Assembly (NCBI GenBank): GCA_964016885.1
Contig: OZ024744.1
Coordinates: 42,284,001 to 42,348,000, forward strand
Source of the DNA: Eledone cirrhosa
Lineage: Eukaryota
Direction: 5' to 3'
DNA length: 64,000 bases
Part shown: positions 29,336 through 40,655 of the stretch, piece after piece
How the letters are laid out: each line of letters starts with the position of its first letter
Position numbering within the stretch: the first letter of the stretch is position 1
Made by a program: the position numbers and the translations under genes
Notes under the pieces: model-generated
The model's database searches: none
What the model saw: only the letters and a program-made list of their open reading frames with translations
What the model was told of the DNA's origin: nothing

Positions 29336-29410
29336 TGTTACCAGGCACTGTTACCAGGCACTGTTACCAGGCACTGTTACCAGGCACTGTTACCAGGCAC
29401 TGTTACCAGG
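29335..29410 (+). repeat. 13-bp tandem repeat (CTGTTACCAGGCA) x~5.8
   Basis: Direct reading; joins the RTE to a SINE 3' half (29411-29550). Confidence 0.9.
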
Positions 29411-29553
29411 TGCCACGCAAAAAAGCACCCAGTACTCACTGTAAATGAGGTTGGTGTTAGGAAGGGCATCCAGCTGCAGAAATCAAGCCAGAATCAGTTC
29501 CCGTCCCACCCTTGCAAGCAGGGAAAAAGCGGACGTAAAATGAAATGATGATG

Positions 29554-29590
<37 letters not shown>

Positions 29591-29775
29591 ATAAATGTGG
29601 TTTTGTCTTTGCGTGTAATTGTTTTTCACTGCTCCAAATAATGACGTATTATATTCGTTTTTCCCCGTTCTTTGCCAGGGAAGGTTTCCACGAACCTAAG
29701 TATCGCCTTCCTGTCTTCCTCCGGTTGCAACGTTTTTTGAAATATTCACTTCTGCGTTCACAGATTGACTCTGTT

Positions 29776-29826
29776 AGTTTCAGAAGATCCCGTTAAGGGT
29801 GAAAGCAGCGATTCTTTGCTTAAATT
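29776..29826 (+). ncRNA. Hammerhead-like motif with variant core CAGAAGA
   Basis: AGTTT-CAGAAGA-TCCC..GGG-T-GAAA-GCAG..TTGC-TT-AAATT. Confidence 0.4.
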
Positions 29827-30417
29827 TTAATCTGTTATTTCAATAAATATTTGCTCTACGGTTCTTATATATTTGATATATATTTATCCTTATAGAGCCC
29901 TCTTTGTATTTTAGTCTTCGAATTTATTATTATTACTATATATATATATATATTGTAAACAAACCGAATATTAATAATATTATGATATTATTATGTTATC
30001 ATATAATATAATTATTATTCACTCACGAATACATTAGGTATCTACCATGTTAAGAATGAAAGCAGATTTTGTTGTTTTAATTTTCTGCAAAGCCAGCTGT
30101 AAAATCGCTAGGTATGCAAATGGGGCTAACTTACTGATGTATACATTTGAGGATACTATACATTCTTAGCTGTTCCAGCAGGAAGCAGAATGAGCAGAAT
30201 ACACAATCTTGACAAGGAGCAAAACACTCCGAAACAATTGTCAATTGTCAATTGTTTTCTCTCAGCTACTGCTGGAACAAAAAGATGATGTTGTTCATCT
30301 ATCTTGTGGTATTTTATGAGGTTGTTTACTTGTAAACAAACTGAATATTAATAATATTATGATATTATTATATTATATTATTATCATTCACTCAGCAATA
30401 CATATATATATATATAA

Positions 30418-31160
30418 TATTATAATAGAATATAAAAGACAAACGAACACAGATATATACATATATGTGTTCAAATCGCAAGGGACCAGATTCGCTAAGG
30501 TGGAAAGAATGCTAATTATAGACAATAGGGTTTGCTTGTCTCAATTTAAGAAAAAAATCAAGAAAATAAATACAAACCGGAATTGTGGTAACTACCAATC
30601 ACCCAGACAACTTCTTGTTGTTTCGCAATGTTAATTAGGAATAGAATTACCAATTCAAGCTCATCAGTGGGTGATGAATTAGTATCCTAGACACTTCTAA
30701 GTATATTAAGAAACTGAATAGTGTGCTATATATAAACATTTTAGCGCACATGGCATTCTAGTGCGTCTCACAAACTTACACCACTAAAAATAGCAACCAG
30801 GTTTATTCGACATTTGAAATAGCTCAACAAATTAACGGAGTCGAATATATCAAAGGTATATAACTCTATTCCCAATTAACATTGCGAAACAACAACAAGT
30901 TGTCTGGGTGATTAGTAGTTACCACAATTCCGGTTTGTATTTATTTTCTTGATTTTTTCTTAAATTGAGACAAGCAGCAAACCCAATTGTCTATAGTTAC
31001 TATTCTTTTCACCTTAGCGAATCTGGTCCCTTACAATTTGAACACATATATGTATCTGTGTTTGTTTTTCTTTCATATTCTATTATAATATACGGCTCGG
31101 AAATATCTCTTTCTTAGAGCTATTTTATTGTAAGAGACTATTTTGAGTTCCTAACTCAAT
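30418..31160 (+). mobile_element. Fold-back element E1 (inverted arms 30418-30649 / 30861-31090, hammerhead, 3' pseudoknot tail)
   Basis: Arms are reverse complements by eye; tail GGCTCGGAAAT..GAGC shared with E2 and E3. Confidence 0.8.
30598..30675 (-). ncRNA. Type I hammerhead ribozyme
   Basis: Minus strand: ATCACCCA-CTGATGA-GC..GC-GAAA-CAAC-AAGAA-GTTG-TC-TGGGTGAT; 8-bp stem I, 4-bp stem III, GUC site. Confidence 0.85.
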
Positions 31161-31235
31161 ATATACCTTTGATATATATATTCCAAACCCATGCTAGCGT
31201 GGAAGATGGACGTTAAACGATGATGATGATGATGA

Positions 31236-31333
<98 letters not shown>

Positions 31334-31530
31334 ATTATATATATCTGTGTGTGTGTGTGTGTGTGTATGTATATTTATATCTGATACATATATCTGTGTG
31401 TGTGTATATATATATATTTATATCTGATATATATATGTGTGTGTGTGTATATATATATTTATATCTGATATGTATCTGCGTGTATGTGTGTGTGTATGTG
31501 TGTATATATACATATATATATATATATATA

Positions 31531-31690
31531 CGAGGTGTGATAGAAAAGTTCCAGGACTGATGTTACAAAAGATCTATTTCAAACCCAAACTTTACACTAA
31601 GAGTTTTCTCCTTCAAAGTAATCCCCCTGGAGTATGTAACTGTAATCTTAGCTCTCTTCAGCGATCAAACTGTTTTCTTCATAATTTTAT
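31531..31690 (+). mobile_element. Probable Tc1/mariner terminal fragment
   Basis: TA-CGAGGTGTGATAGAAAAGTTCC resembles mariner TIRs; partner TIR not found. Confidence 0.4.
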
Positions 31691-31696
31691 ATAGTT

Positions 31697-33055
31697 TTGA
31701 TACTAGCCCCTACTGCATGTGCGACCCTAAAGGGCCGCATATTCAAGTTCAACGAGAAGATTTACACCCAAAATAAGGGAACAGTCATTGGCGTCAGCAT
31801 AGCTGGTGATGTTGCCAACCTTTTCATGGTATGGTGGGAAAGGAGACTTAAAGATCTCCTTAATGGGAGCTCCATAGACCTCATCATGTACTCTCGTTAC
31901 GTAGACGATATCAATATAGTTATAAGAACATCCTCACTAGAGAACACTGACAAGTTTGATTTAGAACGTAGCACAATGGAAAGTATCCAGCAGATAGCTA
32001 ATTCCATACACCAGAGTATAACTGTAACTATCGACTTCCCTTCTAAACACCCTAACAATAGACTACCTGTATTAGACACGGAACTCTGGATTAACACTAT
32101 AGACGAGAGAGCCCAAATTCTCCACTCACACTATGCTAAATCCATGGCCTCCAAATACCTGATACTCAAAAACTCAGCAATGTCCAGTAGTGCTAAGTTT
32201 AATATTCTGATCGCAGATTTTGTACGAGTGATGAAGAATATGTCCCGCATGTGCGACCCAACAGAAATGGAAAGACACATCCAACACTTCATCAACCGCA
32301 TGCAGTTCTCTGGCTACAACCAAAGAGACAGAGTCAGAGTATACGAAGGAGCCATGGAGAAGTATAAGACCCTCATAGAACTGGACATGAAAGGAATTTG
32401 CCCATTATACAGGAGCAAATCATGGAATAGCTTAGATAGGGCTAGACATAAGATAGGGAAAGCCACCTCATGGTACGACAACCAGAGATACCAGAGTGTC
32501 ATGTTTGTGGACGCTACCCTTGGAGGAAAATTAGCTAACCAGTGTAGAAAGGCCCTGAGAAAGACCCACTTAAAGATTAAGGTGGTAGAAAAGCCAGGAA
32601 CCACCATAAAATCCTCGATCAGCAAAACCTACCCTTTTAAGAAAACCCACTGTACTAATAGGAAATGTATCATATGTAAGGTAAACCCCCGGATAAACTG
32701 TAAAACTAGAAACGTAGTCTATAGCATAAGATGTACAGAGGGTACTTGCATAAACATGACAACAACATACATAGGCGATACAGCTCGTAGCATAGGTGAA
32801 AGGATAGACCAACACTGGGGGGAACTAAAAGGACGAAAAAACGGGTCAGTATTATACGAACATGCCAGACAACAACACGACGGTAACATAGACAACATAG
32901 AAATTAGAATAATATCTAAAAATAGAAATGACCCAGCAGATAGGCAAATCAGAGATGCCAGTGAAATAGAACTTAGAAGGCCAAGACTAAACAGAAAGAA
33001 TGAATGGAATAACAACAACACCCAAACAAACAACACTGACCTAAGAGAAGTATAA
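31697..33055 (+). CDS. 5'-truncated Penelope-like element ORF: RT + Cys-rich linker + C-terminal GIY-YIG endonuclease
   Basis: FKFNEKIYTQNKG..G, YSRYVDD, LPVLD, CTNRKCIIC..C, VVYSIRC..C..YIGDTAR....R..H, H..H, RQIRDA..I...LN. Confidence 0.9.
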   Translation: MILAPTACATLKGRIFKFNEKIYTQNKGTVIGVSIAGDVANLFMVWWERRLKDLLNGSSIDLIMYSRYVDDINIVIRTSSLENTDKFDLERSTMESIQQIANSIHQSITVTIDFPSKHPNNRLPVLDTELWINTIDERAQILHSHYAKSMASKYLILKNSAMSSSAKFNILIADFVRVMKNMSRMCDPTEMERHIQHFINRMQFSGYNQRDRVRVYEGAMEKYKTLIELDMKGICPLYRSKSWNSLDRARHKIGKATSWYDNQRYQSVMFVDATLGGKLANQCRKALRKTHLKIKVVEKPGTTIKSSISKTYPFKKTHCTNRKCIICKVNPRINCKTRNVVYSIRCTEGTCINMTTTYIGDTARSIGERIDQHWGELKGRKNGSVLYEHARQQHDGNIDNIEIRIISKNRNDPADRQIRDASEIELRRPRLNRKNEWNNNNTQTNNTDLREV

Positions 33056-33607
33056 ATAAATAAATAAATAGATAAATAAATACATACACATGCACAATAA
33101 CAACAAACACATATAAACACACACTAGTAAAGATAGAATACATTAACCGATACACAGTCACCCAATCACGAACACACATCAAACAAAACACTATACACAC
33201 ACGAAAACTCATGCGCAAAGAAGATAAAATAAAATAAACAAACAAACAAATAAATAAATAAATATATAGACAGACTAAATAAAAATGGCGTAGACATACA
33301 TTGTAACGGGAGGAGACAATAGCACCACTGACGATGTTGCAGATGTGCAACGAAAGTACTTTGATAAACTATATATATGTGTTTGTGTCTATATTGTATC
33401 TGTAGTATGTTTGACCGTCGGTCAGTCAATGGCAACATTGAGGACCGAGTAAGTTAGATTACCGATATGAAAGACACAGAAGCGAAAACCAACCAAACAG
33501 TGAGTGTGTTCTGTTATTAATTCTGGCAAAATTACACAAATATTACCCTCCCCAAGTATAATAATATTTGTTTCGACACACAATTTCATATAGAAAACCT
33601 CGCAAAA

Positions 33608-33610
<3 letters not shown>
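31720..33610 (+). mobile_element. Penelope-like retroelement (ORF + 3' pseudo-LTR) ending in (TA)n
   Basis: ORF above, minimal hammerhead at 33325, tail shared with 45750-45880. Confidence 0.85.
33325..33363 (+). ncRNA. Minimal type I hammerhead ribozyme (PLE type)
   Basis: CCA-CTGACGA-T-GTTGCA-GATG-TGCAAC-GAAA-GTAC-TT-TG with palindromic AAAGTACTTT. Confidence 0.7.
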
Positions 33611-33704
<94 letters not shown>

Positions 33705-34499
33705 GATATTAACAAATGGAAACTATATTTATAAAACCATATTTATTTCATTATACATATTTCAAGGACACCAAGTTAAATTATGGTGTGCTTTCATCAG
33801 ATAAAATATAATATAGAGCAGTTTTATAAATAAATATTGACATACCCTTAAAGAATGCAACCATTACTGTTGGAAGCTCCCAACAATTTAAATACAATTT
33901 TTATATTACTAAAACACTGCGATTTCTTGCTTGCTTGTCTTTAATATAATAGAGCCAAAAGGGTGCATAATGTTGAAAATACTTTGAAAGGAAGTTGACC
34001 CTGAAATGGGAATACAAATGGTATAAAACAAGTTTCACGTAAATCGGAGCACAGGTTCCCAAGATATGGGGTTTTTCCGGGTACCTTCTTAAATAGAGAG
34101 AGAGAAGGATAGAGAGAAAGAAATAGTGGTTGTGAGAGAGTAGACTGAAAGAAAGAAACAGAGAGAGAGATGGTGATGTTATTGTGTACATAGATATATA
34201 TATATGTGTGAGTATATATATGTGTGTGTATGTGTGTGTGTCTATGACCAGTGTATATAGATCACAGACACCGACATATATATATACACACACACATACA
34301 TATATATATGTATACAGACACACATACGTATATATATGGGCCTCTCAGTTTCATTTCACATTATATACATGTCTGTGTATATTTTAATTATTTAAAAATT
34401 ATTCTTAAGTCAATATGATTTTTAAAAAATGTGAGGGCACCTGTAAGAATAGTGAGGCCACCTGTGAGACATGGGACGGGATGGGACTTTGCCCAGTAG

Positions 34500-35321
34500 A
34501 CATCCCTCCTCTTTCTCCTCCTGCTGACGTCAAGTCCCCCAAAGCATTTGGGATGCCATCCAGTGCAGCCTGACCTCAGACAGGCTCACGCACCAGCTCG
34601 ACCAGCACCGTCTTGCCTGTTTTCATGCGGCCTCCAAACCCCACAGTGGTGTCTCGCTGCATGCCTTGCCCTCCTTCTCCACTGGCATGTAGCTGGATAA
34701 CAATAGCCTGCGCATCAGCATTTCCTTGAGGCTTGGCCTCTGGCTCTGCAAGCCACACCAACGTCGCTGTGGATCCACCGTGGCCTCATTCGGCCTCCAT
34801 CCGCTTTCCTGTCGCCACAGTGCCGGCCACCTTCCATGCCATGCTCCCCTCAATGAGGTCATAAAGCATGACTTGGATGCTGCAGGCTTTGCTTCCCAGC
34901 TCGAGTCGGTGGGGCTGGACCAAGGGATCGGCAAAAGGCCAGACGGCATGACCATCTTCCTGTTCTGCAGTGGCAAACCCCTCGTCTGGGATGCCACTTA
35001 CAGCGACACTTTCTCCAGCCACAACCTGGTGCAGTCTGCGACAAACCCAGGTTCTGCTGTACGTCGGCTAAAGAGGCCAAAGTCCCCAAATACCGGTCGC
35101 ACTCTAACAGGTTTGCGGTCATACCCTTGGCAGTGGAGACTTCTGGTGTCCTTGGCCCTAGGGCTACCTCCCTGCTCACCACCATAGGCGCTGAGCTGGC
35201 TAACCACAGGTGTGAGCCTCGTGAGTTGGAATGGCTCTTCCAGTGCGTCTCCCTGACCATCCTCCAGAGAAACGCCTTCTGCATTCTGTCCACCGGGGTT
35301 GTGGGGAAGCCATCCATATGA
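34500..35321 (+). mobile_element. CRE-clade non-LTR retrotransposon 3' fragment (RLE endonuclease)
   Basis: HPLSC..H..LNEVIK, GKRPDGMT..LVWDAT..DT, AVETSGVLG, FQCVSLTILQRNA; locally GC-rich. Confidence 0.8.
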
Positions 35322-36426
35322 TTACTTAACCCTTTTGGAAACTTTTTGTGTGATTGACTATGCCTTCTCCCACCTTATTCTTTTCACATTATTCAACCCT
35401 TGCCACTGCAAGCAGTATTTCTACAACATAGCTTAACAACAAACATATTTAGGGATTTATTCATTGATCGCAGTATATTTAATCTAAATATACAAAATTG
35501 TATAATATAAATATACAAAATTGTATAAAATTGTTATTCTTTAAGGTTTAGTAATGCACCCCATGGAGCTGTGTGTCCTACCTAGTTGATCTTAATGGTA
35601 GTATCTGCCACACAGCTAATTATGCTAACAATTTGTGTGTGTTTTTGTTGTTTTATTTTGTTTTTTATGGAGGTTTTTAGGGGGGAGGGCTGTGTTTTGT
35701 TGTTTTCGGTAGTTTTTCAACATTATTTTTCCAAACAACGTTAACAAATAGCCACTAATTTAACTAAATTTATTTGTCATTTACTCCCCACAGACAAAAT
35801 GGCAAAAGCATTATGAAACAAAGAACAGCCAGTGATATCTACATTAACAGCCATTCCACACCACAGGGCTCCAAAAATATAACAAAGATTCATTAAACCT
35901 TTCATTACCATATTTTTAATGAAAGACACAAGCTGTGATTTTCAAATAAATTTGAAAACAATCAAGACTTTGAAGGGATCTTGTAAAATAGCTAACTTTC
36001 CCATTTCTTAACTGGTGTTTGGAGCACAACTTCACAAAAATTCTTATATAAAATTATCATTGAAGGGTTTTTTTTGTTGTTGTTGTTGTTTTATACAAAT
36101 GTAAACACTTTAAAACAAACAATTTTGTATCATAGAACCAGAAGTGATTTCAGGTAGTGTTGAATCAAGTGAGTTAAAATAGGCAAACAACAGAATTGAT
36201 GATCATCTCTCTCCATCCTGGCCCAGTACTGCAAAAAGAGATGAAATATATCAATGATTAAACAGAGACCTCATTTGGGGCAATAAGATTCAACAACAAA
36301 TTCAAACAAACCCACTCAGTTGATGTAAAATGAGACTCTCAGAGGCTTGGAAATAATTATGTGATGAATGTAAGGTTTTTTATTCCATAACTTCTGTTGA
36401 TATATGATATGTTTCAAAGAACAAAG

Positions 36427-36545
36427 AATTTCAAACAACAATTTCAAACAACAATTTCAAACAAAGAATTTCAAACAACAATTTCAAACAACAATTTCAA
36501 ACAAATAATTTCAAACAACAATTTCAAACAACAATTTCAAACAAC
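36427..36545. repeat. 13-bp minisatellite (AATTTCAAACAAC)n, left part
   Basis: Direct reading; continues at 38273-38368. Confidence 0.9.
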
Positions 36546-38272
36546 AGGGACCAGCTATTGAGATTGACGAATATAGGGTCCAAGAGGTGATTAAGGAAAG
36601 GAAAAATGGTAAGGCTGCTGGACCATCGGGAATAATTGCTGAAATGCTGAAGGCATCAGGGGACGTAGGCACTAAACTGGTTGTATGCATCATCAATCAA
36701 AATATATGGTGGTGTTATACCCAAATACTGGTGCAGCAGTATTCTCATAAATTGCTACAAAGGTAAAGGGGATGCACTGGAGAGGAGCAATTATAGGGGT
36801 ATAAAACTGATGGATCAGATTATGAAAGTGGCAGAAAGGATATTAGCACAACTAATTAGAGAAAGGGTCAAACTAGATAAGATGCAGTTTGGTTTTGTGC
36901 CTGAGAAGAGTACAACAGATGCCCTCTTCTTGGTGAGACAATTGCAAGAGAGGTTCTTAGAGAAAAATAAGCCACTATACTTAGCCTTTGTTGACCTAGA
37001 GAAGGCCTTTGATAGGGTACCCCAATCTGTCATCTGGTGGTCCCTAAAGAAACTAGGTGTTGAGGAATGGCTTGTGAGGACAGTGCAAACTATGTACAGA
37101 GGTACTGTCAGTAAAGTCAGGGTAGGAATGGAGTTTAGTGAGAAATTCCAGATACAAGTAGGAGTACATCAAGGTTCAGCCCTCAGCCTGCTCTTGTTCA
37201 TTATAGTCCTCCAAGCCATAACAGAGGAGTTTAAGACTGGCTGTCCATGGGAACTTCTCTATGCTGACGATCTGGTTCTTATAGCAGAATCAGTAGAGGA
37301 GCTAGAGAATAAATTCTGGCTATGGAAACAGCAGTTGGAAGAAAGAAGACTGAGAGTGAACCTAGCTAAAACAAAAGTGTTGATGAGTAGAAAAGAGGAC
37401 AAAACTCTGATTCCGTCAGGGAAATGGCCATGTTCAATATGCAGAAAAGGAACTGGCATAAATTCTATAAAATGCACACAATGCAGATCCTGGGTACACA
37501 AGAGATGTAGCGGGATAGCAGGCAAACTAACAGGTAGGGAGAAATATGTATGCAGTAGATGTACAGGGAAATTAGACAGTAGAAGTCGCATTGATAGACA
37601 CATTTTTCAAATGCAGGAGGGTGCTATAGAAGTGATAGATAGCTTCCGGTACCTAGGAGATCAGATTAGCATGGGAGGAGGGTGTTCCAAGGCCATAGTA
37701 TCTAGAATAAGGACGGGTTGGAAGAAGTTTAGGGAGCTGCTTCCTCTGCTGACGAAGAAGGGTTCCTCCCTGCGTACGAAAGGCCAGTTATATGATGCCT
37801 GTGTGAGGAGCGCGATGCTGCATATTAATGAGACATGGGCAGCAACTGAATGAGACATGGGCAGCAACTGCAGAGGATATGCGATGGCTGGAGAGAAATG
37901 AGGCAAGCATGCTCCATTGGATGTGCAGTGTTAATGTGTGTGAACAACCCAGCATGAATGTGTTGAGAGAGAAACTGTGTCTGAGAGGGATAGAATTTAG
38001 TGTATGGGAGAGGAGACTGAGGTGGTATGGACATGTGATGCACATGGAGGATGACCGATGGGTGAAGAAGTGCCAGGAAATGCCAGTTGAAGGAAGACGT
38101 GGTAGAGGTAGACCACAAAAAACATGGGTAGAGATGGTGAGAACAGACCTCAGATCGCTGAAGCTCACCATGTAGATGACGAATGACCGTGACAATTGGA
38201 GAGATGCTGTGCTGAATAAGACCCATCACACCCTTGCAAGCAGGGAAGAGCGGACGAAAAATGATGATGATG
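36546..38272 (+). mobile_element. RTE LINE (RT with PHD-like finger), 5'-truncated
   Basis: ORF 36681-37853: NYRGIKL, FVDLEKAFD, VHQGSALS, LYADD, CSIC..C..C..WVHKRC..C..C, FRYLG; ends GRGRP and (GAT)n. Confidence 0.92.
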
Positions 38273-38368
38273 AATTTCAAACAACAATTTCAAACAATTT
38301 CAAACAACAATTTCAAACAATTTCAAACAACAATTTCAAACACAGAATTTCAAACAAATTTTAAACAA
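38273..38368. repeat. 13-bp minisatellite, right part
   Basis: Same unit as 36427-36545. Confidence 0.9.
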
Positions 38369-38999
38369 TTCTTGTAGTAATTACGGTATTCTTATAACTT
38401 TTATTATTTCTCTTAAGAATTCCAAGTTTCTCTGGAGAATTTCTATACTTTTTACTTGTTTTTTTATTCAAATATAACAGATTGTTGTTGTTGTTGTTGC
38501 TGTTGTTGTAGTTGTTGTTGCTGCTGCTGCTGGTTTGGTTGTTTTAAATGTGGTTATTATCACCACCATCATCACCATACTTATTATTTTCATCTTCATT
38601 TTCATAATCACAATCATTATCATTATCATCATCATTGTCATCATCATCGTCATCATTATCATCCATATCATCATCAACATCACTACCACTAGGACTACCA
38701 CAACCAACAACACCACCATAACCATCACCTCCACCATCACCATCATCATCATCACCACCACTACTGCCACCAATACAACCATTGTCACCACCATCACTAT
38801 TGTTGGTTAGCGCCCAGGTATTTTTATACCTTGGTCTACATTAACCAATGTAGCCATCCTATTTAAGAGTGTAGGGTGAGGGTTAGGGAGAATTTAACCC
38901 CCATTTCTTCACTCTCATATTTTGGCTTGGTTTCTAGGACTGGATGACCTTGGCAGCTCAGTCATGGGAAACCATGCTTAATGTGTCTGGAGTTATGGC

Positions 39000-39355
39000 T
39001 AGTCTTTGGCATCATCTGCCATAACTGTGCAGAACATGCAGAACAATGCATGAGTGACAGTCCTTGCTGCACTTGGTGCAGATTTATGTAGAGTCCTGTG
39101 TTGTCGGCATGTCTGTGATGTGCTTTTTTTCAGTTCCTCTTTTCTGCTACAAGTTGACCTCTTTTCACATCTGCATGTACAATGCCTTTGTGGACAGTCA
39201 GATGGCAACCCCAGCCTCTCTCTCTCAGCTGGAAGGAGGGATATTACAGACTTTCATGTCTCTCTTGCATGCATCCCTGAAATGGAATGATGGGTGACCC
39301 ACTCACCTAGTGAAGGATGTCTTTTGGGAACTTCCATCCACCGTACATCAAATGT
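39000..39355 (-). mobile_element. Degenerate RTE/Vingi-like LINE 3' fragment
   Basis: Remnants of PKDIL and a C-terminal CTKCSKDCHS zinc-finger-like motif. Confidence 0.45.
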
Positions 39356-39364
39356 GAGGCTCTA

Positions 39365-39590
39365 GTGGAGGTGCATGGCCTAGTGGTAAGAGTGTTGGCC
39401 TTACGGTCATAATGTCATGGGTTCGATTCCTGGGCTGGGTTGCATGTTGTGTTCTTAAGCAAAAATTTCATTTCACATTGCTCCAGTGTACCCTGCAATG
39501 GACTGGCGTCCTATCCATGGAGAAGTCTTGTGTTGTCAGTTCCTTCAAGCCATGAACCCAGGATAAGCACCAGCCTAACAAGCATTAAAC
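39365..39590 (+). mobile_element. tRNA-derived SINE (Meta/V-like)
   Basis: TGGCCTAGTGGT A-box, GGTTCGATTCC B-box, TTCTTAAGCAA..TTTCACATTGCTCCAG core. Confidence 0.7.
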
Positions 39591-39717
39591 AGCTTAAGAC
39601 AGACTTTGGTAAAAAGATTCTTACCCAAGGAGCCATGCAGTGGAATTGAACCAAAGATTCTGTGGTTGCAAAGCAAACTTTTTGACTCCACAGTCAGACC
39701 TGTTTATATAAAATCTA

Positions 39718-40172
39718 TTAACCCTTTAGCATTTAAACCAGCCATATCCAGCCAGCCAGGATTCTCTCACCTCTTTCTGCTCAAACAGCCATAACTGGCC
39801 ACTCATACTAATGTTAAGGTATTATTCTCAAAATAACATCAAAATCTCGTAGATTCAATATTATATGAAATAATTATGAGATAAAATCTTTACCACAAAA
39901 ATACAATAGTATATATAGAATAAATGTTTCTACTATAGGCACAAGGCCAGCAATTACCCCAGTACATTACTGGTACTTTATTTTATCGAACCCATAAAGA
40001 GGAAAGAAAAAGTTAACCTCGGCAGGATTTGAACTCAGGGTATAAAGGGGCATAGAATAATGTAAATACTTGTTTCTACTTTAGGCACAAGGCCAGCAAT
40101 TACCCAGTGCATTACTGGTACTTTATTTTATCGACCCCGTAAGGATGAATAATGTAAATACTAAAGGGTTAA
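39718..40172. mobile_element. piggyBac-type MITE carrying two Nin-like SINE fragments
   Basis: TTAA-CCCTTTAGCATTTA ... TAAATACTAAAGGG-TTAA. Confidence 0.8.
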
Positions 40173-40329
40173 AGAAAGATTTTTCATATACTTTTTGTTC
40201 TTTATGCAATACTGTGATTTAATTTGTTAACTGATTGATCAATCTATACCAGTATAATCTATACATGTTTTCATAAACCACATCAGTTGGTGTTGTTATT
40301 TAGTCACAGGTTGGTGTCAATTGCTGTCA

Positions 40330-40388
40330 CTATCACCATGACCATCATCATCTTCCCCATCATCTTCACCGTCATCATCATCACCACC

Positions 40389-40455
<67 letters not shown>

Positions 40456-40462
40456 CCACCAC

Positions 40463-40509
<47 letters not shown>

Positions 40510-40578
40510 ATATCATCAACATCATCATCATCACTATCATCATTATCATCATGATGATGATCATCATCATCATCAACC

Positions 40579-40615
<37 letters not shown>

Positions 40616-40655
40616 TATAAACATCATCATCATCATCATCATCATCACCACCACC
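40330..40655. repeat. (CAT)n/(CAC)n microsatellite
   Basis: Direct reading. Confidence 0.95.

Noticed and set aside
31094-31160. Tail motif as an HDV-like ribozyme
   Set aside because: Only two crossing stems; no P3, P1.1, P4 or catalytic J4/2 could be assigned.
38456-38810. His-rich, Met-rich or poly-Leu/Ile/Tyr ORFs (also 4584-5032, 20211-20642, 40287-40673)
   Set aside because: Translations of trinucleotide microsatellites.
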